A stretch of DNA of 64,000 nucleotides, from positions 43,214,001 through 43,278,000 of the forward strand of contig OX597814.1 in the NCBI GenBank assembly GCA_951406725.2. The letters run 5' to 3'. Below the pieces are notes generated by a model. It was not told the origin of the DNA. It ran no database searches and was given only the letters and a program-made list of their open reading frames with translations. Source of the stretch: Octopus vulgaris. Its lineage: Eukaryota. Of this stretch, positions 30,712 to 43,235 are shown one piece after another (the stretch's first letter is position 1; the number at the start of each line of letters is the position of its first letter). Position numbers and translations under genes: made by a program.

Positions 30712-30714
<3 letters not shown>
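29758..30714. repeat. 547-bp tandem repeat, ~1.75 units, flanked by (TA)n
   Basis: Near-identical spurious ORFs at 29898 and 30445 are offset by 547. The second unit is truncated by (TA)n at ~30714. Confidence 0.95.
30262..30335 (-). ncRNA. Degenerate hammerhead-like motif at the tandem-unit boundary
   Basis: Minus strand: CUGAUGA-UCAAUGU..ACAUACC-GAA-AUUUACCGGUAAAU-A. The core and palindromic stem III are intact, but stems I and II are imperfect. Confidence 0.5.
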
Positions 30715-30786
<72 letters not shown>

Positions 30787-30804
30787 ATGTATGTGTAGGT
30801 ATAT

Positions 30805-30970
30805 ATTATTATTTGTCGTTTACTTGTTTCAGTTATTTGACTGCGGCCAAGCTGGAGCACTGCATTGATGTCGAAGAAATCGATCTGCGGACTTATTTGC
30901 CAGGTTGTAATCACGCCAACATCATTTATCAAACGGTGGTGCAGGACAAACAGGGACAAATAGACACACA
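30805..30970 (-). mobile_element. SINE family A 3' fragment
   Basis: TTTACTTGTTTCAGTTATTTGACTGCGGCCAAGCTGGAGCAC is the reverse complement of the SINE tail seen at 3258-3280. Confidence 0.7.
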
Positions 30971-31116
30971 TACATGCCTATGTGTGCACACGCACACACA
31001 CGCGCTTATGTGTGTATACACACACACGCATACGCACCTATGTGCACCCTTACTATCACACATGCATATTCACCCGCATTCATTCACACATGTTGATTTC
31101 GTTACATTCATATACA

Positions 31117-34100
31117 CTAGCTGAACCACCACTCTCCGGGCAGTCGATTCTGATAATACATATCTATACTACTGTTCGTAGTTTGAAGGTAATATTTGAA
31201 ACCTTATACTCTGAGTCCAATATATGCATATTGTTTCTAGATCCGGGTATTAGCAGGTAAATTCCAACTTTCTCTAAGGCCTGACCCTGAGATTTTTTTG
31301 ATGTCATTCCAAAAGCCGGCTTCACGAGAAACTGCTCCCAGGAAAATGAGAACGAATAGTCTTCAGTGATGGTCAGTGGAATTCATGGTACCGTTATTAA
31401 GGTTCCAGCATGTGTTCCATTGGCCACTTCTGCTTCAATAAGGTGGTTGTGCAGATTCAAGACTATACGTATTGTTCCGTTGCAATGACCTCCTGCTGGA
31501 TCAAGGTTTCTGAGCAGCATAATAGAAGAGGGCTTCTCCAAAACCAAAACGTGATTGATTGAGATCATAGATCAGTTCCAGTGGGAACTTAGGCGTATTT
31601 TCGAGTAAAGTTTTACAGCTTCGAATAAGTTTTACTATCTCCTTGTACTAGTTTCGGCATGACAAGTGTATTCACTTCTTCAGCAGCCTTGCTTGTAGGA
31701 ATATTGACGAATCTGCAGTTCATCCATAGTCCCTCTCTATATCTCTTATCAAAACCCCTGAATACCACTTCACAAAGGTCTTGTAGCTTTGTAGAGTCAA
31801 TCAAATGCGGTGGAGGAATAGATATGTTATATTCACCTATTTCTGACGTCTTCCTAGTTGAAAGATAGATCACCATTCAGCGTATGATTGAGGAACTTTG
31901 ACGTGATGTAACATCTGCCGGACATTGTAAGCGACAATGGGGAGGCGACCAATAGTACTGGTTTCATAGTTGCCATCTTCCATGATTGTTCCCTTTCCCT
32001 CTTTTACTGCTTCTCGTTTTTATTCTAAGTGTAAAACCTTCGATTTTCAGTATATAGCTTGCCTCTGGCGTCTGAGTCATATTCATTTAATTGAAAAACT
32101 CAAACTTATTTTTGCAGCAAGCTGAAGATTTTCGGGCAGCTCATCATCAAAAGTAAGAGATCATGAATTTTCAAAGGGCATGAAAGATTTATGAAAGTGG
32201 GTTGCCTGGAATGGATTGGAAATTTGAATATCTTCCAAATTCCCTCAAGACACGTGATGTATCTTGCATTTTGGTAAGTGTCAATTTCATTGTCAACCAC
32301 TTTAATGCTTCTGGTATTCCAATTGATTTCTCAGTACTAGGGCCGGATTTCAACAGTGACTCTACTAGGTCCTTTAGGGGGGTACCTGAAAAGTTATTTC
32401 ACCGCCAGAACAGCGTGCAAGGCGTCAACATTTAGATGGCAGTTGTATCGGATAGGAATGGGTTGTATGGCACTATGATGTATTTTCTACTACAGCAGAT
32501 ATCCGAGTAGTTCTAATGTGTAGCCTGCCTCCAGAGGCTGGTGACCGACGTCTGTATTCTGGATTGCAGTCTTCACTCACAAATGTGGTACGTCTGCATT
32601 GTTTGGGAATGGTTTTGGGGTTTTGGTGGATCACAATCCATGTATGAACTATTTGGACTATGGCATCCACATTGTCTGTGAACGTTGTTTTTTACAACAA
32701 TCTCCAATAGTTCTGGATTCGTATCCTTATCTAGTATCTCCGCACATACAAATCGATCAATGATTTCTGACGTTCTTGGCTTATCTGAAACAGCCATAGA
32801 GAGCAATAGTTGGACATGGGAAGACCTCTCTTATGCCATTCAATTGTTGCGACATGTTCTACTACTTCTCCCCATCTTTAATGGATCTTATTTCAGGGAG
32901 TCGTACTTCATTTTAAACAATATCGCTGTAATATCAGGTCGATTCTGTGTTCGTTCACCTTCAAACAGGGCTTCCATTATCTCAGTCAACTTTGTATTTG
33001 TTATCATAGTGATGAAATAGCCTGGCTTTCCAAACTCTCTCACCAGAGCCGTTCCATCTTGTAAACACACCCTGTAAAACCGAGAACAACCAGTATGTGA
33101 TGGCGGAGGAATGATTTTAGAACCTACCCAAAGTCATTCGTGTTACCATTTGCAATGGCATTCAGAAAGCCCTGGTACTTCTCATCACCGTTTTTGCTTC
33201 GGTCATTGTCCGTCAAGAGCACATTCCAGCCATCGTACTCACAGGGAAAAAGAAGTAAATAATAAAAAGTGTCATAACTTCTGTGGATTTGATTAATGTA
33301 GTCTAACTTTCTATTGCTCTCTCTGTACTGCACAACAATATCCAGAGGTTTAATGTTTGGATTATTGGTATCATTCCCAGCATAATCACAGCAACGTCTG
33401 ATGCAGTTAATAGACTATAGGTTCTCACATGTGACCCACCAGAAATAAGCCGTTTGTCATCAATTATGATAATATCGTCGGTATAAACTTTTCCTGGTGC
33501 AGAGTATTCCTTAATTTTATCAACAGCCTGTTTAAAATTTTGACATACGGATTGTGCATTTGCAGTACTCTCTGCAAGTCTAGCAGGATGTTGTCGTCAG
33601 GGCCATTGTCAGCTCCTCTGAATGACAGACTGTTTCTCATTTCATTTTCAGTGTCAACGAAATAGAGCTGTGCATAGACGGGCTTCTTATTTACTGCTAG
33701 TAGGGACAGCCTATGCGGTGGTACAACTTTTCTTGAATCTTGAAAGTTAGCATAAAAGTTCTACCACCCGGTAGTTCAACTGGTGGATAATCCAGTCCAA
33801 GTGACTGCAGAGATTAACATCATAGAACTTAGTTATTAATTCTGGGGGCTTTTTGTATCTGTAGAATTTTGTCATTGCTAGTTTTACCTTTGCTACATCA
33901 GAAGGTAACTTTCTCAGGAGCCTCCAAAGGTAAGCTTTGCAGTCAGGGCATGTTCTGTTAAAAATGTTTCCACAGTAGTACAACATAAGGCTTGGGTTTC
34001 ATTCTTTCTCATGAAAATATGCCACATCAACTTCCATAGCCGTTCTCTCAGTGTCAGTTCTTTGGTGACGAAGTTTCGATTGGTATCGTGCCTAGTTGTT

Positions 34101-35233
34101 TGTTTGCTTTTCGCTGCCGAATTTGTGGCAGTGATATGTTTTCTCTAGAGTCCTGCTTCCTCAGCCGATCAGTATTCCTCTTTCCATTGCCCGGGTTTCC
34201 TGGGTTCTCATTTGATTCGCATTCCTCCGTGCTTCTGAATATTCTGGTCTTTCCATTGCACATGTCACCTGTCTCATCAGCCGATCTGCATTTCTCCATG
34301 CCTCTGCTTCTTCTGGTATTTCCATTGCCCGGGTTTCTTGCATTCTCCTTCGCTTTATTTCTGGATACTGAGAAGAGCTATGTCCTTGTCTGTTTTCTTC
34401 ATTTAGCGTCTGTTGTCTTTGCACAGTGATCTTTTTTGAACGGGAAATTTTCGGGACAGGTTGTTGCCTTTTCTGGGCATAGTGTACTTTTGAAAGCGCG
34501 AATATTTATGACAAATATATAGTGAAGGTCTTTGGACGATTCAGCTAGTATTTGAGTTAATTTCTCTGAACAGGAAGATTTCATGGTATTTATTGTAAAT
34601 ATTTACAATGGGTATATATTTACAATTACACCACTATTGTTAATCCTATTATTTTAAAGTGAGATTTTTATGTTGATGAATTGTACTAACCGAATTTGAC
34701 CATAAAAATGTCGGACATTTAGTATTTTTTAAGGTAATAATAAAATTATTCGAATCTATTTTCATACAGTCGAATATGCAAAGTTTCCGAATGTTACATA
34801 TTTTTTTTACGTCTGCTATTTCAGAATTCTACGCATGCGTGAAACTTCAGACAAAAGTACATTCAAAAACATATTCATACACACAACGGCGTAAACAGGC
34901 ATAACGATAACACCGACGGCCGACGGCATCAAAATAGGTCCGACAAATTGTATTATTATTTTAAAAAATACTAAATCTCCAACAGTTTCATGGTCAAATT
35001 CGTTTAGAGAAATTCAATAATATAAAAATAGCACTTTATGAGAGTGTTTAGCAAGTATGGCGTAATTGTAATTTTTACCGAAGAATAACAGTATTTTTAT
35101 GGGGTTTTTTTTCAAAATGACGCTGATAGAGACATTTGAAAGAACGCAAGTAGTAAATATGTGTGAGAGAGAAAGAAAGAGAGAACTAGAGTTATGAGAG
35201 GTAACGTTGCTTGAGAGAGTGACTTCAATATGT

Positions 35234-35288
<55 letters not shown>

Positions 35289-35297
35289 ATAAGTATG

Positions 35298-35334
<37 letters not shown>

Positions 35335-35910
35335 TGGTATGTGTGTATGTGTGTGGGAGGTTAAGACAGAGTGAGTTAAGAGACGTAGTAAATATGCAGA
35401 AGGGAGAGATTGAGTTATGAGAAGTAGCATCGTATGCAATTCTGTCAATTACCATTCCTCACACTATAGCTTTCAATAAGAGAAAGATGTAGTAAACATG
35501 AGGAATAGTAGGAGAATCATTGAATAGTGAGGGAGGGGTAGTTCGTTTTATCGGAAATTACCAGACTGGAACCGGACCGGTTACTAATCGTGGATCCCAT
35601 ACCGATGTTGACACTCTCCGGGTAACCACGGTTCCTCATGTCAAATTTGGTCAAAGTCGGTTAAGCAGAAGCAAAGTGGCCACAGAGATCGGTTTCACAT
35701 ACACTTAGTATTTGAATGCGGTCCCCTCAGAATGGAAGCGTACCGTTTAATTTTCGGGAATCCCAATATAGATGTTGACACTGTCCCAGTGTTCACGGTT
35801 CCCCATGCCAAATTTGGTGAAAACAGGTCCAGTGGTTGCGGAGGAGTTTTGTAACAAAACCTTGACACAGATTTACACACAGACCTTAAATAGCACAATT
35901 ATAATAGAGA
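31117..35910 (-). mobile_element. Helitron with both termini and a decayed Rep/PIF1-helicase gene
   Basis: 5' end A|TCTCTATTATAA at 35910 and 3' end ...GCCCGG..GGTTCAGCTAG|T at 31117, i.e. an AT target with no TSD. Protein motifs: CPDCKAYLW zinc finger; IILPPSHTG..R..QDGTALVREFGKPGYFIT..RPDI; IDRFVCAEILDKDTNPELLEIV..CG; YQNARYITCLEGIWKIFKFP; MLLRNLDP..G.CNGT; QFLVKPAFGMTSKKSQGQ. Confidence 0.92.
34686..35007. mobile_element. MITE-like element with ~75-bp terminal inverted repeats, nested in the Helitron
   Basis: Left: CTAACCGAATTTGACCATAAAAATGTCGGACATTTAGTATTTTTTAA. Reverse complement of right: CTAAACGAATTTGACCATGAAACTGTTGGAGATTTAGTATTTTTTAA. Confidence 0.8.
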
Positions 35911-36599
35911 TGTCTGGATCGTAAACGTTGAAATGTTTAACCAAACGCAAGCATTACGCAGTAAATCAGAAATACAGCAATTCCTAACCGGGAAGCCATA
36001 CTGAATACGAACCAACAATGTTCGAATGGGAACATAACAATGAGATATGCAAATATTTGATAACATTGTATAGTTTTCACAATGAAAATTTCTAGGTCTA
36101 GAAATTTTGACTATGTTTGAATAAAATCGAACATGTGTTATAAAAAAAACAAACTGTATATCTTTCAACTTACAAATCAAATGTCTGCCGAGCAATAAGA
36201 TATTAAAACAATAGTAACCATAGTAACCATAGTAAAATACGTTATTTTCTACATCATAACTTAGTAAAAACATACGCAATCTTCGAAATCACTAAACTTA
36301 TATTTGCAGCAGCCATTGTGATAAGATAGAAACATGTAATATTTTTGACCTACAAATACAGTTATATTAAAATAACAAGACAGAAAGAAAGAACGTGTTA
36401 AACTCAGATCAAAATATATATCAATCCTTAAATCTATATGAAAGAAAGAAAAGAATAGGAAATGTAAGACAATGAAAACTCATTAAAGTCGAATATAATC
36501 TTCATTCGATCGTGAGAATGCTACCGATATTGAGTAAAAGTAACCGCCAAGAAGTGGGTAAAGCGTTTATGTCAGCACCAAACTAAAAGGTATTTTATG

Positions 36600-38270
36600 A
36601 AGGACTATGATATGAATGAATATAAATAAAATTTAAATACAAACTAATTGAGCACCAACAGCAAATGTAAGGGGAAACTTGAATTGTAGAGTATTGAACG
36701 AGCTAAACTCCAAAATATATAAAGCTATATCGATATTGCCAAATATGTTTACAAAAGAGATTTTTAAAAAATATTGAGATAATATCACGACTAAAGTTTA
36801 GATGAAATATATTGGAGTTACAAATATATAATTACCTTCCAAAAGAGGCATAAACTCAATTGAATCACTCGAATATAGGAACAGGAACATAACACCTAAG
36901 ACTACAGAACTGTTATACACACAGTTAGAGAGACAATTGCACATATCACAAAACAAATATTATTTCAAAACATTTTCAGAAGGTCAGAAAATAAACACTG
37001 ATGAAAACAAACAATGATAGAAAAAAAATATTTTGTTTCGTCTTTATTTTATCTCTAAGGAATGTTGCTCTTTTAGTTTAAAATTATCAGGCAACAAAGT
37101 ACATAGAGCTGTGTTCCCCAAGCTGTGTTCTCTAATCTGTTTTACTCAAAACACAAAGGCTTATTTCTACTGTCAGCGGCTGTGAAAATCCAAATAAACG
37201 AGAAGAAATCGATGGATCAAAGACCACTTCCCAGAAATTGTACACACATTATTAACATCTATTTCCTACCCAATAGACACAAGAACCATAATATTGATCT
37301 ATCAGATCTGGTGGAAAAAAAAAATCTATATTTAATGGGGAATGTATACATATCCCTAGTAAATAAAACTGCTTCAAAATAAGAATATAAGAATTAATAC
37401 ACTCCAAATAAAGCAAACCAACAAAACACTTACACAAAGATCGTATTCCAGGAACCAATGAAAGTATCAAAATGGCGCCTGCATAGCATAAAACTCCGAC
37501 ACCATACAACATGGAACAAAATAGAAGAAAAAATAACTGATGACAATTATGACACACGCAAGCAATCATGCAAACACTTGTCAACAACACTCGCACAGCA
37601 TGCATAGCAATACAGATAATAAAACCATATAATTCACAAGATTCAGCAGATTAACAAAAGGAAAATATAGCAGAGATATAATAAAAAACAATTGCCTATA
37701 ACTCTAACCTACCTAGGTCAATAAAAGGAAATACCTCTCAAACTGCATGTAAACAAACATACAGAGGATGTAATACCCCAAAACTGATACAATCATGAAT
37801 AGGGTAAACACTGGATTAAATCAGTTACCATGACATTATCGAAGAAAATATACGTCGAACCTATAATACATAGCAATATCCTTCAAACAAATAGATCTAA
37901 AGAAGAAAAGGCAAGTATTGTACATTACATTCGTTTCACAAAAAGAGAAATGTCATAGGCATGTTTGTTGAAGAAATAAGTAAATTTTAACAAGAAAACG
38001 CAAGAACAAAAATACATCACCTCATAATCAAAATTGTCTTCAAACTAGTGACTTACAATTATAGCCACATGTGTGTTGTTGACGATTTTCTACCCCCGTC
38101 TTCCTTTCCTATTTGACTTCTCTCTGTTTCTGAAGAAAATCGTTGCTCGAAACGTTAAACAATGTTTCTTCCCTTCCCTCAGCGTCCCCTAATATATTAT
38201 ATGGACCACGTCCTCGCGTTGTTGGTTTTTTCTTTTGTTTGTTCTTCTCTTTAGGGATTTACTATATATA
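36600..38270 (+). mobile_element. Probable highly decayed Penelope-like element ending in an HHR-bearing terminal repeat
   Basis: A-rich strand-biased tract with a faint GIY-YIG-like C..KQTY.G pattern near 37740 and a clear HHR at 38125-38161. The left boundary is uncertain. Confidence 0.35.
38125..38161 (+). ncRNA. Minimal type I hammerhead motif (stem II mutated)
   Basis: UGUUU-CUGAAGA-A-AAUC GUU GCUC-GAA-ACGU-U-AAACA. Stem I is a perfect 5 bp and stem III is palindromic ACGU. Confidence 0.65.
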
Positions 38271-41200
38271 TATGTATATACATATATATCTTTTTAATTT
38301 GCTTATGGTAAAGTTTCGAATATGAAAATAATGCTCCTATTCCATTCCATTGTGCTGGCCATCATCTAATGATGCTTACTAGTGAGGCATGTTTTTGAGA
38401 TTGCATCAAGTTACACTGATATAATTTAGTATAATTGCAATAACAGTAACAATACGCCTACATGGAAAATGATTTAACAATTAAATATTACAAGCCGAAC
38501 ACAGTGTTAACATTAAGACTGAAAATATGAATACATATACATAATAATCTCTTATAAAATAAAATAAAATCTATAAAGACTCTCACAAGAATTGATCTGA
38601 GAGAAATACTCCTAAAAATGCAGAAGTCTAGCTTGAGAGTAGGTGTACAGCAAAGTATATAGTAATGATCTATTAGAACGTAACAGCAGTGTGTCTAATA
38701 GGATACTGAGAAGCAAAGAAAAGACGACTGTTTAGTATAATGAGATAACATTACAAAACCAAAGCATTTATTCATGTTCCAAAATTTAAATGGAAATACA
38801 ATAAAGAAGCAGAAAGTACGCACGCAAAATGGGACGTTGCTACTTCCTCGTCACTTATCGTACAAATCATCTTTACAATTTCATTCCTTTGACGATAATA
38901 TTGTTCTCCCTTCGTAGCGCCAGCGGCGAGAAGCTACCGGGAATAGCGAAATAACTTTGGAGACAGTGCCGAAAACAAACATGAGGCAAATGAGAAAATA
39001 CAAATAAAATAAAATATATATGATGCAAAAAAAGGCCATACAGCTTTAAGACAAGGACAATATATGAGTAACGCGAAAGAAAATGTCCTATACGACCAGA
39101 AACAAACAATGGAAAAAGGTGGAAAATCAGAGCGAAATGCGAAAAGAAGATGAACGTTGAAAAGAAGCAAACCGTGTTGAAGGTAAAAAAGGGGAAAGGG
39201 AGAAATGTTACCGATCGAATCAAGGGCCAGGTGAGAAAGGAAGTAGAACAGCGAGAAGAAAATGTCCATGATTCAAGTGATGGTAGAAAGAGAGAGAGAA
39301 TGTGGGTGGGCGCAGCTTCGCACAAACAAAAAATACAAACTTATACACAAGAAGTGAACTACTGTGAGACGAGTTGTTTCATTGAGAAAAGAAAGGACAT
39401 TTGAAGGAAAATGGCGTTTTCTGAAGATATGATATAGTTAACAAGTATTGCAACGTCTAAGGTATTGCTAGGCGGTTTTGAAATAGCTGAAAAATGTACC
39501 TTGTGCATACTTTGTACAATATACATTGCATGGTTCTTATATAGCGAACGCTGATAGTATAAATAAAAATAGAATGTTTCTGCTAGCATGCATATGATCA
39601 TAGCTTCGCGTTATGTCAGTTGGCCTAAGAATTACAAAATAATAAAACATAAAAACAACGGCAAAACCATTCTAAAAATATCCCCTTAAGTCTTTTGAAA
39701 GAAATAAATCGTTGATAATGCAGTCCTGGAGATATTATGTGAGAAAGCAATTAACTTATGGTGACAACTGAAATGCTGCTTCAATAATGGTTCCAGTGTC
39801 TGCCATCATACCATAGATATTCTCGATAAAATCTTACCTAAGGCTAAGGCAACATGAATAACAAAAGCAGTAACAAGAGTAGCAACAGCAACAACCACTA
39901 CAACGTCAATATCAACAACTACAACAGCAACAAAGTGAACAGCAGTAAAATATATACCAACAAATATAATAACGTCATAAACAACAGCTACAGCAAAGGT
40001 ATAAATATAGATAAAAATATGATTTCAATACAACCACGCAACCACCCAAAAATATACGTACAAATGAAATTCTCCATAGTAGATATCCTGTCAGACTAGA
40101 CTGAGAGAATGGTAACTAATATGAAATCTGACTGCCATTGGAAAGCTGCGAGAGAAATTTTGATATTAGCCTCATGTGATCAATAGACATTTACAAGCAC
40201 TAGAGTAATATTATAAAACAAGAAACTAATGTGCATTGTTGTCGATGCAACCATGATAATAACAATGGTTTCTGATAATAACAATGATTTCTGATAATGA
40301 TTATAACAATATTAATAAAATCAAAGGTGATAACTTTAATAAAACTAGTCTTTTATGTGGCTGCCAGATTACATGATGTAAATTAGTAATTGAAACAAAG
40401 TACGCTTACATTTCAATAGTACTGAAATCCTTTAGTTTCACTTACAAATGTACGGGTGTCCACCGGCTAGACTCAATAAAGGTATTCCATAATAGAGATC
40501 ACATGTAACAAATCCATATCACTAGATCAGACAGTGTAGCTGAGCATCCGCTGTTTCGGACTAGGCAAAACATATCTCATATCAGGGACAACATTACAAA
40601 AGAGTAGCACAGCATAGTTCAGATATATTCATTAATGCTAGTGCCAAATCACCATTAATTTGAAACCCAAATGCTCTACATACTTCATACAATAAATTGC
40701 ATATACTTTTGTATTCTTTCATTTCATTCATTAGTTCAACTAGCTGTTCCTTTCCGCAACAAATCTGAAAACTTCACTGCAACATGAATAGAAATGGATT
40801 CCTTCTCTAAATTCTCATTTAGATTATCGAGTTGTGCGTTTTCCCCTTTTTTGCTTTCACAAGCTATTGGCCATCGTCACTTAATTTTCATTCTTTCTCC
40901 ATTATTACAAGATGATGGTTTGGCGCTTATTATCGAAGAATATTGCGAAATATGTAGTACTCATAATCCAGCTGCTTTCATTTGTTTTATCGCAGATTAT
41001 ATTATCTCATTAAGAATTCCTTTGCTCCAGTGGCGTTAATGCAACGTCTGGAAGCTACTGTTGCTGTGATTTTTATTCATTAGATATTCCAGATCGTTTG
41101 GGCAAATACCTACATAACCACCATACTTTACGTGCGGCAATTGATCATCGTATCGTACAATACTTATGGCAACCTTCCATCACATTATTCAACAAAGACA

Positions 41201-41384
41201 GGAAAATCATGGATACTTCTCTTTCGTTAATGAATCTCGGCGACATTGCATATCAATAAACAACCCCAAAGAGTAATTATCGCGAACAGTCATATCCACA
41301 TTGACTACCTACTCATAATGTAGTTGATATGGAAAAATTTGTGGTACAAAAACACTTTATTATTCTGTATTTTATCCAATATAA

Positions 41385-41592
41385 GACAGTCCGCTTGCAG
41401 AATCGTCATCACGCCAGGTGATGAACTGCATTTCGTCCATCTTTACGTTCTGTGTACGAATGCGGCCAATGTCGACTTTGCTTTTCATAGTTTTGGATCG
41501 AGAAGCTAAGTCCTAGTTGAGTACTGGTGTTGATTACATCGACATACATCCTCACCCGAAATTGCCGGCCTTGTTTCAAAATTGGAACCGTT
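41385..41592 (+). mobile_element. Old SINE related to family B
   Basis: GCAGAATCGT..CACGCC.GG..ATTTCGTC..TTTACGTTCTG..GTCGACTTTGC.TTTCAT aligns to the copy at 46827-46960. Confidence 0.7.
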
Positions 41593-41778
41593 ATTATATT
41601 AAACAATATGTCCATTTCTTTTAGAAGTTATTGCATGTAATATGAATGAGTTTTTTTAGCAATTTCAGTTAAGACAAGTAAATTATTTGAGGACTTGATT
41701 AGAAAGCAAGATTGTGGAGCAACTATGTAATTTAAAACATTAATCAATTCTGCACAAAACAAACAATTAACTGAAAGT

Positions 41779-41840
<62 letters not shown>

Positions 41841-43033
41841 CAAAATCAAAATGAAAGCTAACCCTCTTGAAGAACCTATATTTCAATAATCCATTTATTC
41901 AACATTTTGCATGAGACTTGAAATTCCAAAAAGTATGAGAGCAGAATCAACGGTATAGTGAATATAAATAATATCAAGTTATCGACTGCAGATGGTAAAC
42001 AACTTATTCGCTCATAGAGTACACACAGAAACAGTAAACTAGAAAGAGGTTAAATTCATTTTAAAATACAGCAAACCTACATTGATGCGAGTAAATCTAA
42101 TAAGACCCACTAATATAATAATATAGTAAAAGTGATAAACGAATTATAAAATGCACAGAACTCTAACTAGATTAAAATTTTATTAAGTATACAAAATACA
42201 AGAAACATGACAACATGCCAACTAACTGTCAGGATTCAGCTTAATTAAAAAGAAATTACATTAATAAAAACCTGAGCACTAAGTGAGAAACACAACGAAA
42301 ATCTTGATCCAGATTTTAACAATAGCATGCAATGACATATTATCTAGAGACAAGATAGAGAATCAACGTAGACAAGTACAGGAAAACAAATTGGTAATAC
42401 TCTAAACATGCTGATTATACCGTACATAGATAGTAATGCAATTCATCTGGAAACTAACGCAATTGATCTCTACTTTTCGATATACGATTTCTCAGGTCCC
42501 AAAAAATTGTTTGTAAAAGAAAAGAAGCTTCTATTGAAATATTTGTATCTGAAAGTAATGAAAATTACAATGCAGTTGGCAAACAGAAATAATTCTCATA
42601 AGAATATGTCTTTGGAATGATAACATATAATGCTGGTAACTTCATAAGTAAAATACCAGACATTGCACATCCAAGGATTTTAAGAATATGATATACACTA
42701 CATTCAGGGGGTTATATACTTCCTCACTTTCCAAAGGCTGGTACAGCAACAGACTATTGTGAAGTGAAAGGGCAATCACTCGTCCTTATTATGTTATCAA
42801 GTAACATAATCTTCCAAGGTATCAATCGACTTCGCCAAAACATGATGCAAAAATGCGATTTCGAATTTTTTCCTGCATTAACATGTGTGAAGTAATAATC
42901 CTGATTATACGTGTGAATACGGGCCTATCTATCTATCGATCTATCTATCTGTCTATGTATCTATGTATCTATGTATATATCTATCTACCTCTCCATCAAT
43001 CTATATATCTATATATCTATCTCTCTTTCTCTA

Positions 43034-43089
<56 letters not shown>

Positions 43090-43094
<5 letters not shown>

Positions 43095-43235
43095 CGGGAA
43101 GCTTTATGAAAATTAAAAAAAGACGAAGGCAGGTGGAGTACAAACAAACAATTGTATTAGTATGGCGCTCAGGAATATAAATAAAACAAGTCTTTTACGT
43201 TTCGAGCCTACGCTCTTCAACAGAAAGATACACAT
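43090..43235 (-). mobile_element. Short Penelope pLTR-like repeat next to (TA)n carrying an HHR
   Basis: Downstream of the HHR, the minus strand reads TTCCTGAGCGCCATACTAATAC..CCACCTGCCTTCG. This resembles 38170-38220 (TTCCCTCAGCGTCCCCTAATAT..CCACGTCCTCG). Confidence 0.6.
43191..43228 (-). ncRNA. Minimal type I hammerhead motif with CUGUUGA core variant
   Basis: Minus strand: UCUUU-CUGUUGA-A-GAGC GUAG GCUC-GAA-ACGU-A-AAAGA. Stems I and II are perfect and stem III is palindromic. Confidence 0.72.

Noticed and set aside
29758-30714. CRISPR array or duplicated protein gene (MEIPKTKARAA... ORFs)
   Set aside because: There is no repeat-spacer structure. The ORFs start at GTG and have no recognisable domain.
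38873-39404. 150-aa hydrophobic ORF and its lysine-rich antisense ORF
   Set aside because: The composition follows from purine/pyrimidine strand bias, with no recognisable domain or splice context.
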